DNA from: Camelus ferus
Taxonomy: Eukaryota
Length of the DNA stretch: 64,000 bases
Reading direction: 5' to 3'
Assembly: GCF_009834535.1 (NCBI RefSeq)
Contig: NC_045712.1
Coordinates: 43,400,001-43,464,000 of the forward strand
The translations under genes and the position numbers were made by a program. Positions 1-13,647 of this stretch are shown here, piece after piece (position 1 is the stretch's first letter; the number at the start of each line of letters is the position of its first letter). The notes beneath the pieces are model-generated. The model was not told the origin of the DNA, ran no database searches, and saw only the letters and a program-made list of their open reading frames with translations.

Positions 1-849
1 CTTCTGTGGGGTTGAGTGTCTCAAGGATGTGGGCTTCTGGCTGCATTTGCTTCCTCCCTCATCACACTGTGTGTGTGTGTGCCTCTGCTGGCATCACACC
101 TACACCAAATCCAGGCTGGTGATCAGCAGTAAATCATGTACCAGACAACAGACAAGGTCCTCGGACTGCTCAGAAGCTAACACAGGAATTGCATCCTCTC
201 TTGCCTGCCAGGGCCAGGCAGCCCACCTGAAAGAGCGCGGCTGGCCTGGGCAGGGAAAGCTGCTGCTTTTGCTGCAGACGTACCTTGTTAACCTGTGAAA
301 TGGGAAGACCGCACCTGCTCCCACACAGCCTTCTGATGCCTCTCATTTCCCTGGAGCCCCTCATACCTCTCAGTCTTTGTTTTCTTTTTTGGATAGAGAA
401 AAGCATGTTTTTTCTATTAAAAAAATTTAGGGTTGCTGTGATGGTACGTGGTGATGGACTCTCAGCGCCAGCAGAAGGGAGGTTATAGGGAGCGGTGGGG
501 GCTTGTGCCTGGCGTGGCTGCAGCCTGGCGTGATCATGGGGACCAGACACAGCTGCCATCTTCGGCTGACAAGTGACGTCAGAAGGCTGGATTTTTAACA
601 AATATGAAAATTTGTGATTATAAAATGTTGGCTTAAAAGTAACCAGGCCTGTGGACTAGCCACAGCCTGAAGGCCACCGGTCAGGGGCCTCTGGTCTGTT
701 GGGGCCTCCTGGGAAATTGCAGTTTCCTCTCTTCAGCAAGTCCCAGGAGGAGCCCTGGGCTTTGTTTCTCTGATGTCACCCGCACTGGACTGGGTCCCAG
801 GAATCCACGTCTGCAGGGATCAGAGAAAGGGTTCCTCTGGATTCTTTTG

Positions 850-1365
850 AGCTTTATTCAGATGCTGTATGATTCACCTGTTTAAAGTGCACACTTCACT
901 GCTTTTTAGCTTATTCACAGAGTTACGCAAACATTGTCACAATCAATTTTGGAAATTTTCATCACCCTCAAAAGAAACTCCTTATCTGTTCAGAAGTCAC
1001 TCCCCCATTCCCCTTCCTTTCCAGCCCCAAGCCACCACTAATCCCCTTTGTGTCTCTGTGGACTTGTGTATTCTAGACATTTTGTATAAATGGAACCATA
1101 CGATACGTGGTCTTTTGTGTCTGGCTTCTTTCACTGAGCATCATGTTTTCAAGGTTCATCCCTGTGGTTTGAATCAGTACTGCATCCCTTTTCATTACCA
1201 AATAATATTCCCTTGTGCGTGTGTCTGCCACATTTTGTTTATCAACTCATTAGCCGAAGTAAGTTTGTCTTGTTTCCACTTTTCGGCTATTGTGAGTAAT
1301 GCTGTTATGAACATTTGTGTTGGGAATGTGTTTTCACATCTTTTGGGGCAGCACACTTTGGTAAT
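850..1365 (-). mobile_element. Old L1 (L1MB-like) 3' fragment
   Basis: Diagnostic text: catcaccctcaaaagaaactcc, tggaaccatacgatacgtggtctttt, aatgctgttatgaacatt. Confidence 0.75.
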
Positions 1366-1979
1366 TACATTAGTTCTCTGTGCTGTGTAACGAATCACCA
1401 TAAATATAGTGACCTAAGATGACACTCATTTATTAGATCACTGCTCTGTAGGTCAGTAGTCTGGTATGATGTGACTGAGTTTCAGGGTCACTGGAGACTG
1501 AAGTCAAGGTATTGGCTGGGCCTGCGTTCTCATCTGGACCTCTGAGCCTTCCTTCAAGCTCACATGATTGTGGCAGAATCCAGTTTCTTGTGGTTGTAGG
1601 ACCGAGGTCCCCGTTTTTTTGCTGGCTCTTAGCCAGAGGCTGCTGTCAGCTTCTACATGCCACACATTCTTTGTCAGGTGGCCCCCTCTGTATTCACAGC
1701 TAACAGTGGAGAGATTCTTGTGCCTCAAATCCCTCTCATGCTTTGGATTTCTGCCCTCTTCCATCTCTGACCTCTAGACCTTTGACTTTTAGGGTTCATG
1801 TGATCAGGCCAGGATAGCCTCCCTTTCTTGAGGTCAGCTGCTTTGGGACCTTAACTACCTTTGCAGTGTCTCATCACAGCAGTGTTTAGATGAATGTTAA
1901 ATGAATAGCCAGGAGAAGATATGTGTGTCCACCAGGGGTTGGGAATGTCAGGGTCTACCTGAGAATTCTGCCTACCACA
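1365..1979. mobile_element. MLT1 (ERVL-MaLR) solo LTR
   Basis: ctgtgtaacgaatcacc...gttgtggcagaatccagtttcttgtggttgtaggaccgaggtccc...attctgcctaccaca. Confidence 0.75.
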
Positions 1980-2776
1980 GGGAGATGCTTGATGGGTAGG
2001 GAGTATGCCTTGTTTATCTTGTCTTATTTTCATAAAATGGGAAAAAAGCAGCCGTGACTGGGGAGGTAGGAAAAGAGAACACCATGAACAGGACGATGCC
2101 TGGAGAAGAGATGCTTTGTCAAGGCGGTGAATTTTGGGGAGGCACGGTTATGGGAGTTGGGAATTGGGCATTGATGCATTTGACTCTCCGTGCCTCCAGG
2201 GATAACCTGTTACATTCTGAAAGCTGCTGCATCTGTGATCACAGAGATACCCCGATGCTTGGCAAATAGATATGTCAAAGCAGCAAACGGAGCTGGCAGC
2301 CAGAGGGTGGGGCTGCGAGGGTGGAAACAGTGACAAGAAGACCCTGATGCAGAAGCAGTAGTCACTTTCTTCTCTCGTCCCCAGATAGGCTTTTTTAAAA
2401 TTTTTTTTTCTGGATGTGTATTCTGTTTGCTCTCTAGAGAATAAAGAAGTTGAAGTCACAGCTTGCTGTCATCCTTACAGCTGTAACTGTTGCCTAGTAA
2501 CCAGATTCCCCCTCTCCTTGCTTGTTGCCAAGGAGAGGGGAGAAAGGTAGAGAGGAACGCACTACTGAACCTCTTAAAAGCTATTGTCTTTCCCACTCGA
2601 CACAGGACTCCTTGCTCTGGGAAGTCGGCTGGATTTTCAGGTTCTGTAAGCAGAAGGACATTGGTCCCCTGGCCCGGGGCCGCTGGGGCCGGGAACGGGA
2701 GCAAGTGCACTCGTGAGGACGTCTCCTTACGGCAGGAACCGTGTCAACACCCCCTTCTCGCTCTGGCCCACTCTAG

Positions 2777-2947
2777 GACAGACGGAAGATGTGCAGATGC
2801 TCCTGCACTTTGGGGCAGACCCCACCCTGCTGGATCGACAGTCCCGGTCCCCTGTGGATGTCCTGAAGAGGAACAAGAACTTCAAAGCCATCGAGAAAAT
2901 CAACAGTCACTTGGAAAAGCTGGCTGCGTGTTCTAAGGACCTCTCAG
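2777..2947 (+). CDS. TRANK1: TRANK1 exon (171 nt, phase 1-1), ankyrin repeat QTEDVQMLLHFGADPTLLD...KDLS
   Basis: ctctag|GACAG acceptor, TCAG|gtacag donor; inside ORF 2713..2967. Confidence 0.95.
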
Positions 2948-5900
2948 GTACAGCTTCCAGGGAATGAACTTTTTCGAGGGGGCAAAACTGGTTCTGTGAC
3001 ATTAGATGCAAATCAGTTTATCTTTTCTTAGTACATGAAGACAGAAGTGAGACCCCCCCCCCCCAATCTTCGGAAGAGTTGTTTACTTTTCTTGAAAGCT
3101 AGAATGAGACAACTCTTATTGAGAGAGTGTCTGCCACGTTGTAGGAACTTGGCCAGGTCCACCTTTGGGCAGTAGGGGTGAATTTTTTTTTTTCCATGAA
3201 TGCACACGTTAAAAAAGAAAAAAAAAAATCAGACAGAGCAGGGGATAACAAAAATTAAGCCCACTCCTCAGAACCAGCCACAGCCCCCAATTTAAAAAAT
3301 GTATCTCTATTTTCCAGTCTGTCAGCTGGGGACAGCATCTATTGACTGACTGCTGTATAAGATCAAGTGCAACAAGTCAGCCCTAGTTGTTGAATTTTGT
3401 CAAGTTCTTTGTGTCATTTACATTCTGTTCCTTAACTCTCAGTTTTCTGTGCTTCATCTATAGATTGGTTCTAAACATTGAAAACCAGTAAATGGCATTC
3501 ACAAGGTGGAGTGATGATGTAAATGTTACACTTTCTAGAACTAGTGGCCTTGCTGGACCCATAAAAGAGAATCACCAGATGCTCTTAAAATTTTGCCCTT
3601 TAAGTGTGATACACTTTAAGCATCCTAGATCAATGAAACAGACATATGCCTTATTATATATGTGTGTTTGTGTATGTATGTACACATGCGTCCTTCTTAG
3701 AATCTCTTTAGACTTTTACTTAGACTGTGGCCACAGCACATGCATATTATGCTTCTTTTAGTTCTTGTGACTCCTGTGGCTCAGGCCTGTCTAGATTTAT
3801 CTCTTGCTCTGCTAAATACCTACTTAAGTAAGTTTTTCACGGAGGAGATACGCCTAGTAGACTTAAGGAGTTTTTGAAAATGTCTTTACTTTATCCTTTG
3901 ATTGATGGAGACTGGTCTGCATACAGACATTGTGTTTCTTCCATCCTAAGTTGCACTTTCCCCCCACCTTTGCCTTCTCTGACATTGGGATGTGCATCAC
4001 GATCAGGGACGTGTCACCAGTTAATGGCAGGTGGCTTTTTCTGGTGTGTCTGACAAGCCATGGTCTCAGAGGTTTACGAAATGCACTGTAAAACCTTGTT
4101 CCTCAGAACTCTGTGTTCCAGCTTCCCCTTGTTACTGATGAGAAGTCTGATGCCAGTCTCCCATATCTTCCCTTCTGATTTTCTGTCCTTACAGTTCTGA
4201 AATTTCCCAGAGATGTGTCTAGGTGTGGGTTCTCATTCATTCTTCTCGCTTGGCACCCGTTGGCCCCTTTCAATCTAACTTTTTATAGCTCAGGGAAAGT
4301 ATCTTCTATCATTTTGTTCCCTTCCAGCATCTCTTTGAGCTTCCTGAATGTATAACATGTCTGTCTGCATTCCGTAATGTTTTCTGTTTCCCTTTTTCTT
4401 TCCAGATCTATGACTTGGTCTTTAGCTTTTCCTTTTATAATTCTGCTTGCCTGTTGCTTTTTTTTTTTTTTTAATTTGGAAACTCAGCTTTAATTTTTAA
4501 GAACTCTTTCTGGTTCTCTGCTTGTTTCTTATCTGTGACAGCTTGTATGTGATTGACATTTGCCTTTTTTTTTAATTTTATTTTTTATTGAAGGGTAGTT
4601 GATTTACAATGTTACTTTCAGGTGTACAGCAAACCAATTCAGTTACACATACACACACATATATTTTCAGGTTCTTTTGCTAGCTACTTCTTGAATGGCA
4701 TTTAACAATATTGAGAATTTTTTTTTAAGGCCATCCTCCTCTTTTCTCTGAATTATTTATGTTTTTAGGGGGTTAGTGGACCTGTCTTCTTGCTTCTCCT
4801 TTGTGCACTTGCCTTTCCTATATTATCTTCTGATCTTTGGATGGTTTGTATTTATGAATGAAGGACAAGACTTATTAATACTTGATAGATGGTTAGTGCA
4901 CGTTTATTGAAGTTACTTGGATGTGTTTCCCCAGAAACACTCCCTCCCTGGAATGGGTGAGTAGGCGGCAAGTTGAAGGCAGTATGTGGGGTGTGTGTGT
5001 TTGGGGGAGAGTGGGAGGGACTCTTCCAGGCTGAGGATCTTGGCAATTTCCAGGGTCAGGAAAGCTTTATGTGGGGAAGATTGAAGCTGCTTTTTATCAC
5101 TGCCCCTCCCCCACTGCCTTCCCCATCTATGTTTTAATTCTTATTTATTTATTTAAAATATGTCCTTGTTTCTAGGAAAATGTGGGAATAAGGGGAGAGA
5201 AATGTATCTGCAGAGTCCTGTTTTTCCGGGATGTTCTTTTAAAACTGTGATATATCATGTTTTGTTTTCAAATGACCTCTATTTTAAAGAATTGTAATTT
5301 CTTTGGTGAGGTAGTATATTTAATAAGTCATTTTGAAATGCCTCCTGAGAGCTTATGCCTGTAATCTGTTTCAGGAGGGTTTCTACTGTTTGAGAAATTG
5401 AAAGTAACCAGATTTCTCTGCCAATGAATTTCCAGGTTTTAAAATAACCTTGTAAGGAAGGACCACCAGTTAATGGTAGAAAATGGCTGGTTTGCTTGCA
5501 AATTTATCGTTCATTAATTACAACCTTAATTCTTAGAATGCTGTAGATGTATAGATGTATGTTATATTTAGTGTTATGGACTTTAGTATAAATCATGAAC
5601 TTCTGGTTTCGTTTTTAAAGTTTTGATTTTTTTCATTTTCCTTGTATAATGAATCTTTGAATGTCTGCTGATCCTAAAAACGTCTTATCTTCTGAGATGG
5701 TCTTGCTCTCCCTTCACCTGTCTCCTCCTTCACCAACTAGATCTGTGGTCCAGGTTTGGCACCAAGAGAAGAGACTCAGTAGGATCACAGCTAGCCCCCT
5801 TTCCAATCATTAGAATTCAGCTGTCAGACGCACCTGGCAGATAAACACATGCGGGAGGAGGGAACGTGCCTGGTTCCAGGCTTGACGTGTGGGTCGCTGG

Positions 5901-8900
5901 GGAGTTTGTGTTGCAGTGAATGCAGACAAGCCTAAATCCCCCAGTGCTCATTGGTGAACTTACTGGATGTCTGATAACTTTAAAGCTTTCCAGACCATTG
6001 ACCACGAAGCTTTGCTTGCCACGCTAGAGGGATACTGAATGACTCTAGGGACACACCAAGTCAAAGAAAGCAAAAGAAAATGATAAAAAATCAGAAAGGA
6101 AGAGGATGACAGTTATCAGGCAGGGTAACAAGTTGGAGTCTTCCCAGAGAGCTCTTCCCGAAGACTAGCGGTAGAACCCTTGTAGAAGCCAGTATTGGAA
6201 TATGATCTCTGTATCAAATGTGGCTGTTCGTTTGAGCATCACATGGCTGTTTAGAGTCGTATGCATACATTTTGTTTCTAAGATCTTGCTGGTTGCGCAA
6301 ACTTTAAAACCTGAGGTGGAGCTGAGGGATCTTTGTAGACCTGTACCATGCAGTATAATTTTCTATACTGATGGAGATGTCCTATAACTGCTCTGTCTGA
6401 TGTGCTAGCCGTGAGGCACATAGGGCCACTGAGCACTTGAAATGTGTGTGGCTTGTGCAACTGAGGAACTGAAATTTTAATTTGCTTTAGTTAACTTTAA
6501 TTTTACATTAAGTTAGCGGCCACTGTGTAGGACAGCATCTTTTTAGACTTTAGCCCTAGCACGGGTTTCTGTCCAGAGTAGTAGTTGAGAGGATAGTGGG
6601 AGGGAGATGCAAAGAGAAGGCCTGGGGCCATGGGAATAAATGTGGATCTCCAGTCATAAAAACGAAGATTGCATGGACCTTAATCTCTCCCCATCCTCAC
6701 ACATTACCGGGCCCATTGGAAGCATTATCTTTGAGAAGAGCTCCTGCTATGGGATTGGTACCCTAGTTCTGACCCAAGTCCAACCTGATGGGTTCTGATT
6801 TTCACATCTGTGGTCCTGAGTAAAGCACCAGTAGGACACTAGCTTTTGTACCCCGATGAACAAGCGCTCCAGTTTATAGACTAGGATAAGAGATGCTCTC
6901 ACCTTTCGCTCCTTGGGAGGTTTACTGTGCCCCATTTTGATGAAAATGGAGATGGTGTCTTTCAGTGGCTTTTGCATCTAGGTGAGAAAAAACTTGAGAA
7001 ACAAAGAGTCTCACTGAAAGGTTCTGCTGTTCTCCACACCAGAGCTTCTCGATGTTAATATGCACATGAAGCATTTGGGAGCCTGTTAAAATGCAGAGTT
7101 TGCTCTCGCAGGTTCAGGGCAGGACCTGAGATACTGCCTTTCTCACTAGCTGCCTTGGAAGCTGTAGCCCAGCGGGGGATCCTGAGTGGTCAGGGTTACC
7201 TGGCTGTCTTCCCTGCTTCTCCCGGCCACCACTAGATGGCAGCACGTCCACCTTCTCTGGCAGCTGGTGCCCCAAAGTCCTCAGGATCAAGAACAAAATT
7301 GCAGCCTTTGTTTTTCTCACAGTTGTTTGTGATCTTCGGGGTCTGCTGCTGGGAGACCTGTCTGATGATGGGATGCTTTTATTCCCCCTCATTTTCATAG
7401 TCCATCTCCTTTAAAGTGCTCCCGTCCTGTTAGAACATGGCATGGAACACACATTCACCTCTTCACAATGTGATAGCACGTATGCCGTGGGCCAGGCCTG
7501 TCTCACTGGGTATGAAAACACATGTCCAGTTATCTGTGCAGTAAAATTCCATTTTAACCAGGAGGGCTTTTTGAGTGTATCATCTGATACCAAATAAAAC
7601 ATTTACCCTTTTTCCAGCCTTCCTTCAGTGGGTGATTTTGAATCATGACTCCTTTCTCAGTAAACTGAAGCAAGGGGATAGTGTCTGCCCATTTTTGCCC
7701 AGAGAGCTGGCTCCTTAACTCTTGGCTTTTTCCACTTGTCAGTAAGGTGCGTGGGCAGCTGCCACGTGGCTGGATGTTGCTGCTGCGCTAAGCCATCCTC
7801 CTGCTGTCATGTCCCTGAACCATTATATCAGTTACCTACGGCTGTGTAACAAACGACCCCCAAACTTAGTAGCTTGAAGGAGCAAACACTTAGTTAGCTC
7901 AGGATCCAGCAGTTGAGACTGGGCTATTCTCACAGCCTTAATGGAACTCCTTCAGGTGTCTGCCTCTTGCTGATCTTAGCTAGGCTCTTTCACATCCAAG
8001 GGGCCTCAGTTTGGATGACTGGGCTGATGTTTCTTATCTAGCCTAGACCTGAACAGAACTCATAAACAAGGCCTCTCAAATCCTAGGCTCAGAATTGACA
8101 CAAAAATCACATCCACAGTCTTCTCCCAGTCACGGCAAGTCTTGAAGCCAGGCCAGAACCGGAGGTTAGGGTGCCGGAGGAGGCTGGGGCGGGGTCCTCT
8201 AGTGGCTGGCACTTCGAAGTCACATGGATACGGAGAGGGATGGAGAGGTGTGGTCATCTCTGCCATTTACTGCTGCCATGATCTCTGCAGTCAGAAGCAG
8301 CACCTGGGGGTGTTTTGCAGGTCTGAGCAACGGTGAGGGACCCGCTAGCGAAAGCGACATTTTCCGGAAGGCCTCCGAGCAGCTGGTGACCTACATGAAC
8401 TCAGGAAGCCGGTTGCAGAAAAACTTTCTGAAGCAAGAAGTGGTTCAGAGGTTCTTACGCCTTCTTTCTTCACTGCAAGGTAACTTTCCTCACAGCCTTC
8501 AGTCATGCCCAAGGATGATTTAGGCTCCTTAAAACCCTTCTCTCATATCTTTTAAAAAAAATTATTTGTTTATTTAATTATTTATTTTAAAAAATAGCAT
8601 CACTTTATTTTATTTTAATTTTATTTTATTGGTGGAAGGGGGGAGGTAAGTAGATTTATTTTATGTTTTGATAGAGGTACTGGGGATCGAACCCAGGACC
8701 CTTGTGCATGCTAGGCACACACCCCGCCACTGAGCTATCCCCTCCCCCCTCTAAAACACTGATTTTGAAATAATGTCATGATCTACATGTAAAACATTCA
8801 ATCAACACAGAACGTTCTTCAGTGAAAAATCTGTCATCTACCCCTGAACTTCAGTCCCCACATCTCATCCCCAGAGGCCAACTCTGTTACTTGTTTTTCA

Positions 8901-11900
8901 TGCATCCTCCTGGAACTGTTATTTGCATATATCATCCTTTTTCAAAAAATGCCACAGATGTTTCTTTCTTCTGTTGACTAAGGCTCTACTTCCTTAAGGT
9001 ATTTCCAGCCTTCCCAAGGAGCTCACAGGGCCGGTGCTGGCCCTGAGGTTCACGTGTGGTTGAGTAGCATGCCCGAAGTAACTAAGTACTTGTTTATGGT
9101 TCCCCAGGACCTGAAAATACTGACCAGTAACTTGGGGTATTTCTGTACCGATGTGTTGGGTTGTTGTTGGGAGCAGAAACCACATAAACCATCTTTGGAG
9201 TGTGATGTATTCTTGTTTTTGAAAGAAATTCCTCCTGACCTGGTCTATGACATTAACCGCGACTGTGCCAACACCTTCATCAAGTCTTTACTGGAAAAAC
9301 AGAGATGGCCCGAGGTGCTTCTGCTGCTGACCCGCAAAGCGAGCGGGGAGCTGCCGCTCGGGGACTGCCTCATCAAAGACTGCGACCTCTCGGACCTCGA
9401 CCTCTGTGTGGTCTTCCCCCACCTCTGCACCTGGGACCAGCGGAGGACCCAGCTCCTGGGCCACCTGATAGACCGCGGAGGTGAGTCCTTGAAGCTGAGT
9501 GAGCATCCGGGGGTCATCCCAGGGGAGTCCAGGCCATCACAGGACTTCCTCTTGATTTCCCTTTCTCCTTTAAATTCTGCCTCTTCTCTTCCTCCCTCAT
9601 ATCTTCTCATTTTGAAGCAGTGATGGGGTCAGTGCATTTTTGTGAATTCTCCCCTTGCTCTCTTGTGTAAGGAACCTCAGGCCTGTGGGAGGGGCCTTGG
9701 CCCCGGTTGTAGCCACAGTGGTCATTTCCTCCTGACCTCCAGCTGGACTTTTCCCTGCACTCAGTGTGCCATGTGGGTGCTTGTCAAACTGTGTGGCCTT
9801 CTTTTCTGATCCACGGGTTGGGATTTGAGATGTTTGTTTTTAAAGAAACGGCCAGATAAATGGGTGGGTGGAAACATCTGCCGCTTTAATCAGCACAGTC
9901 ACACTTGGCTGGATGTGTGTCTGGAGTGTGCACACATCTTGCTGGACTGGGTTTTATTTTAAAACTAATTTGGAAACACCAACCTCCTCCCACCCCCTCT
10001 CCCCAGCGCCCCCCAGTAAGGCCACTACTAACTGTGTGATCTTGGGCACGCTACTTATGCCTCTGTCTCCTCATTTATAAAATGGGGGTGAAAATAGTCC
10101 CCCTTAGGTCTGTTTTGAATATTCAATGAGCTCAGAGATGCAGGCTCTTGGAAGAGTGCCTTGGCTGTGTGCTTTTCTGCCTGCCTTGCCGTTTAAGGGG
10201 AAATGACCTTCAGAAGGAGTGATGACACCTTGGTCCCAACCCTCAAAGTGCCATACAAAGCCCATGGGTTTCAGGACGTAGATGGTATGCCTCCATGTTA
10301 TTTCTGCTTTAATTCTTCAATCCATTCCTTGTGTGGAGCATTGCTACCTTTGCCCATAAATGAAGGCGCTTATGGCATTCCTGTTTTGTTCCCGATGAAG
10401 CAGGCACTTATCGAGTACCTCCCTGGGGTCAGGTGCTAGGACCCAAGGATGGAGAGTGAATACATGGCTGCGGGTGGCATTGTGTGCAGGAGGGTACAGG
10501 GCTGCAGGGGATGGAGGTCAGGGAGCCTGCACTGCAGAGGGGAGGCGTGGACTGAGCTAAAAGGAAGGTGGTGTGGGGGTGGAGGAGTGTCAGGGAAGAT
10601 GACAAATGAGGGCAGAAGGGCATTTTCAGGAAGGAGCTTCCTAGAAGCAAAGGATGTGTGAAACACGCCTACGTCTTGATCACTGTGTGTTGGGGACGGT
10701 GCTGGGAAAACCCTGGGAGTTCAGTTGTTTGTGCCAGTCCCTACTCCAGGGCAGTGCTGATGGCGGTCCTGTGGCGGGATGGGAGGGGGAGCTGGAGAGA
10801 TGGGAGAGGAGGCGAGGCCCATGGACAGGGCACTTGGAGGAGCTGGGCTTTCCCTCTGAGGGTGCATGGGAAGCCCTTGCCTCCCAGAAAGGATGCTGGC
10901 GGGAGGGCTTGGAAGTAGGGTCAGCATCAGCTCTTGCTTTGGAATAAAGAGCAGAAGCGGTCCCAGCCCCGCAGGGGTGCAGGGCTGTGCCTCCGCTCAG
11001 GGATGCAGCTGACTGTGCCCTTCTCTCTGCCTCTGCCAGCCTCGCCTGAGGGTCTCCAGGGCAGCCAGGAGAGGCCGATCACCACGTGCCTGAAGCATGA
11101 GGACTTCGAACTGGCCTTCCTCCTCTTGACCAAGGGTGCAGATCCTCGAGGCATTTCTCTCACCGAAGGCGACACTCCTTTGCATGCTGCACTCCACATC
11201 TTTCTAGAGATCAAAGGTAGGCCTTTATTTTGTAAGCAGTCTTTTTCTTGAGGAGGAAACTGGATATCAGAACTGATGCGATGCTCTTTGGTCTTTCCTA
11301 CTGGGAAAACCAACTGTCTGGAAAAGGCTTGTTTCTTGGCCAGGTGCGTATCTCCTGGCCCCTCACACGTAGCTTGATGGGAAGGAGTGAGCATCACAGT
11401 GAATGGTCAGGGTGGGTTCACTGAGAAGGATTCTTAAGTTTCGAAGTCCATAGCTGCAAATATTTTCCATTTACTTACACCATTTTCAAGGGACTTGACA
11501 TAAAGGATCTTACTGGAATATTATAAGGTGATTTCAGGGTTTCTCAGCCTTGGCACTGTTGACAGTTGGGAGGGATAATTCTTTGTGTGTGTGTGGTGGG
11601 TGACCTGTGCATTGTAGGATATTTAGCAATCTCTGGCCTCCACCCACTATATGCCAGTAGTACCTCCTAAATTGTGACCCTCAAAAATGTCCCTAGACAT
11701 GGCCACATGTCTGTTGGGGACCAAATCGCCCCCAGTTGAGAATCACTGGGTTATCAAATCCTTGGGGAAGTTCCGTGTTCTCGGGACCCCTGGCTGGCAT
11801 CTCTCTCAAATCCACGGGGTCTGTGCTCCCCAGAAGAGCTGTTGAGCACTCATCAGGGTTTTTGTGTCTTTCAGCTGACGTCGGTTTTAACTTCCTCAAT

Positions 11901-13614
11901 CACCTGTTGAATCTGTTCTGGTCCAAGCCCAGCGAATTTCACTACCTCAACCCCAACAACCAGGACAGCAGCGGGAACACGCTGATGCACATCCTCTTCC
12001 AGAAGGGCATGCTGAAGCGCATGGGGAAGCTGATAGGTCTGCTGGTGAAGTTTGACATCAACTTCAACCTGAAGAACAAGGAAGGCAAGGACGTGCGGCA
12101 CCGCGTTAAGAAGAACGACGCGCTGCTCCTGGCCTGGAACAAAGCCCTGCTGGAGAGCAAGCGCAGGGGCCGCCAGGACACCGCCGCCCACGCGGGGAAG
12201 CCCCTGCGCTCCGCGGCCCCAGCTCACGCGTCCCAGATCAAGGGCTCCTCCAAGTTGCCACCCTGCGGCGGCGGTGCCCGAGCCCCGCCCGGAGGAGCCG
12301 TGGTCCCTGACAGCTGGGAGACCCTCCCAGATGCCCAGGCGATGAGGCCGGAGCCTGGGGTGTCCAGGCCCAGCTCACGGAGAGACTGCCTCGTGCAGGA
12401 CATCACGGCTTTGATTCGGCAGGTAGGAAATGGATCCATCCCTCTCAGAGGCCTGTCCCCAGGCTCCTGAGCCTCTGGAGGCGGGAGCTGGCCCTGAAGT
12501 GGAGAAGGAGCCTCAGGGCGCCCCGGGGGCGGGGGCCTCTGACAGCAGCGGGAACAACCCCGGTGACCTTGAGGCCGCGGAGGGATGCGTCCATGGGGGC
12601 CTCGGGGCCCGGCAGCCCGTGCCTGCTGGTCACAGGGGGACAGAGGGCAGTGACGACCAGGACGACCAGAGCCTGCCAGAGGTCGAGGCCTGCCTCCTGG
12701 ACTTCGAGAACATGACATGGGAGATCGAGTGCACTTCGGAGATGCTGAAGAAGCTATCCAGCAAGATCATGACCAAGGTCATGAAGAAGAAAATCATCCT
12801 CGCCATCCAGAATCTGGGCAATGGCGAGTGGACGCGGGGCCTGCGGAAGCGGCTGAGGAACCTGAAAGGGAGCATCCAGCTCTTCGAGGCTAAGCTGGAC
12901 AAAGGGGCCCGGATGCTGTGGGAGCTCGCCATCGACTTCTCCCCTCGGTGCAGCGAGAACCCCGAGAAGATCATCGCCGCAGAGCGCGGCGCGCACCCCT
13001 CGGAGAAGGTGGGGCGGGTCTACACGGAAATCATCCGGATCTGGGACGTCGTGTTGGATCACGACAGGCTGCCGGACTCCATCCAGGCCATCTGCAGCGC
13101 CTACAACCGGGGCCTGTCCTGTGTCCTGCGCAAGAAGCTAAAGGGTATCAACAAGGGCCAGGTGTCGGCCAACAAGAAGATCCAGAAGTGGATTCCCCGC
13201 TGCTACGTGGAGGACACGGAGGCCGAACAGAGCGGGGCGCGCGCGGAGCCCGAGTACTTCCCGCCGGCCAGCGCCGTGGAGACGGAGTATAACATCATGA
13301 AGTTCCACAGCTTCAGCACCAGCATGGCCTCCAACATCCTCAACGACACGACGGCCACCGTGGAGTACCCCTTCCGCGTGGGCGAGCTCGAGTACGCCGT
13401 GATCGACCTCAACCCCCGGCCGCTGGAGCCCATCATCCTGATCGGGCGGAGCGGCACCGGCAAGACCACTTGCTGCCTGTACCGGCTGTGGAAGAAATTC
13501 CACGTTTACTGGGAGAAGGCGGGGCAGGCGGGGAGCCCGCTCCTGGCCAGACAGATCTGGCTGAAGAGAAGGTTGGAAGTAGAGCCCCGAAAGGAGGGTC
13601 CAGGCGGGGGAGAA

Positions 13615-13647
<33 letters not shown>

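Noticed and set aside
869-1390. 173-aa ORF
   Set aside because: Lies within an old L1 3'UTR fragment; not coding-like.
12420-12428. Cryptic donor CAG|GTAGGA at the first frameshift as a splicing rescue
   Set aside because: Its use would delete conserved sequence and no matching nearby acceptor was identified; single-base removal explains the frame more simply.
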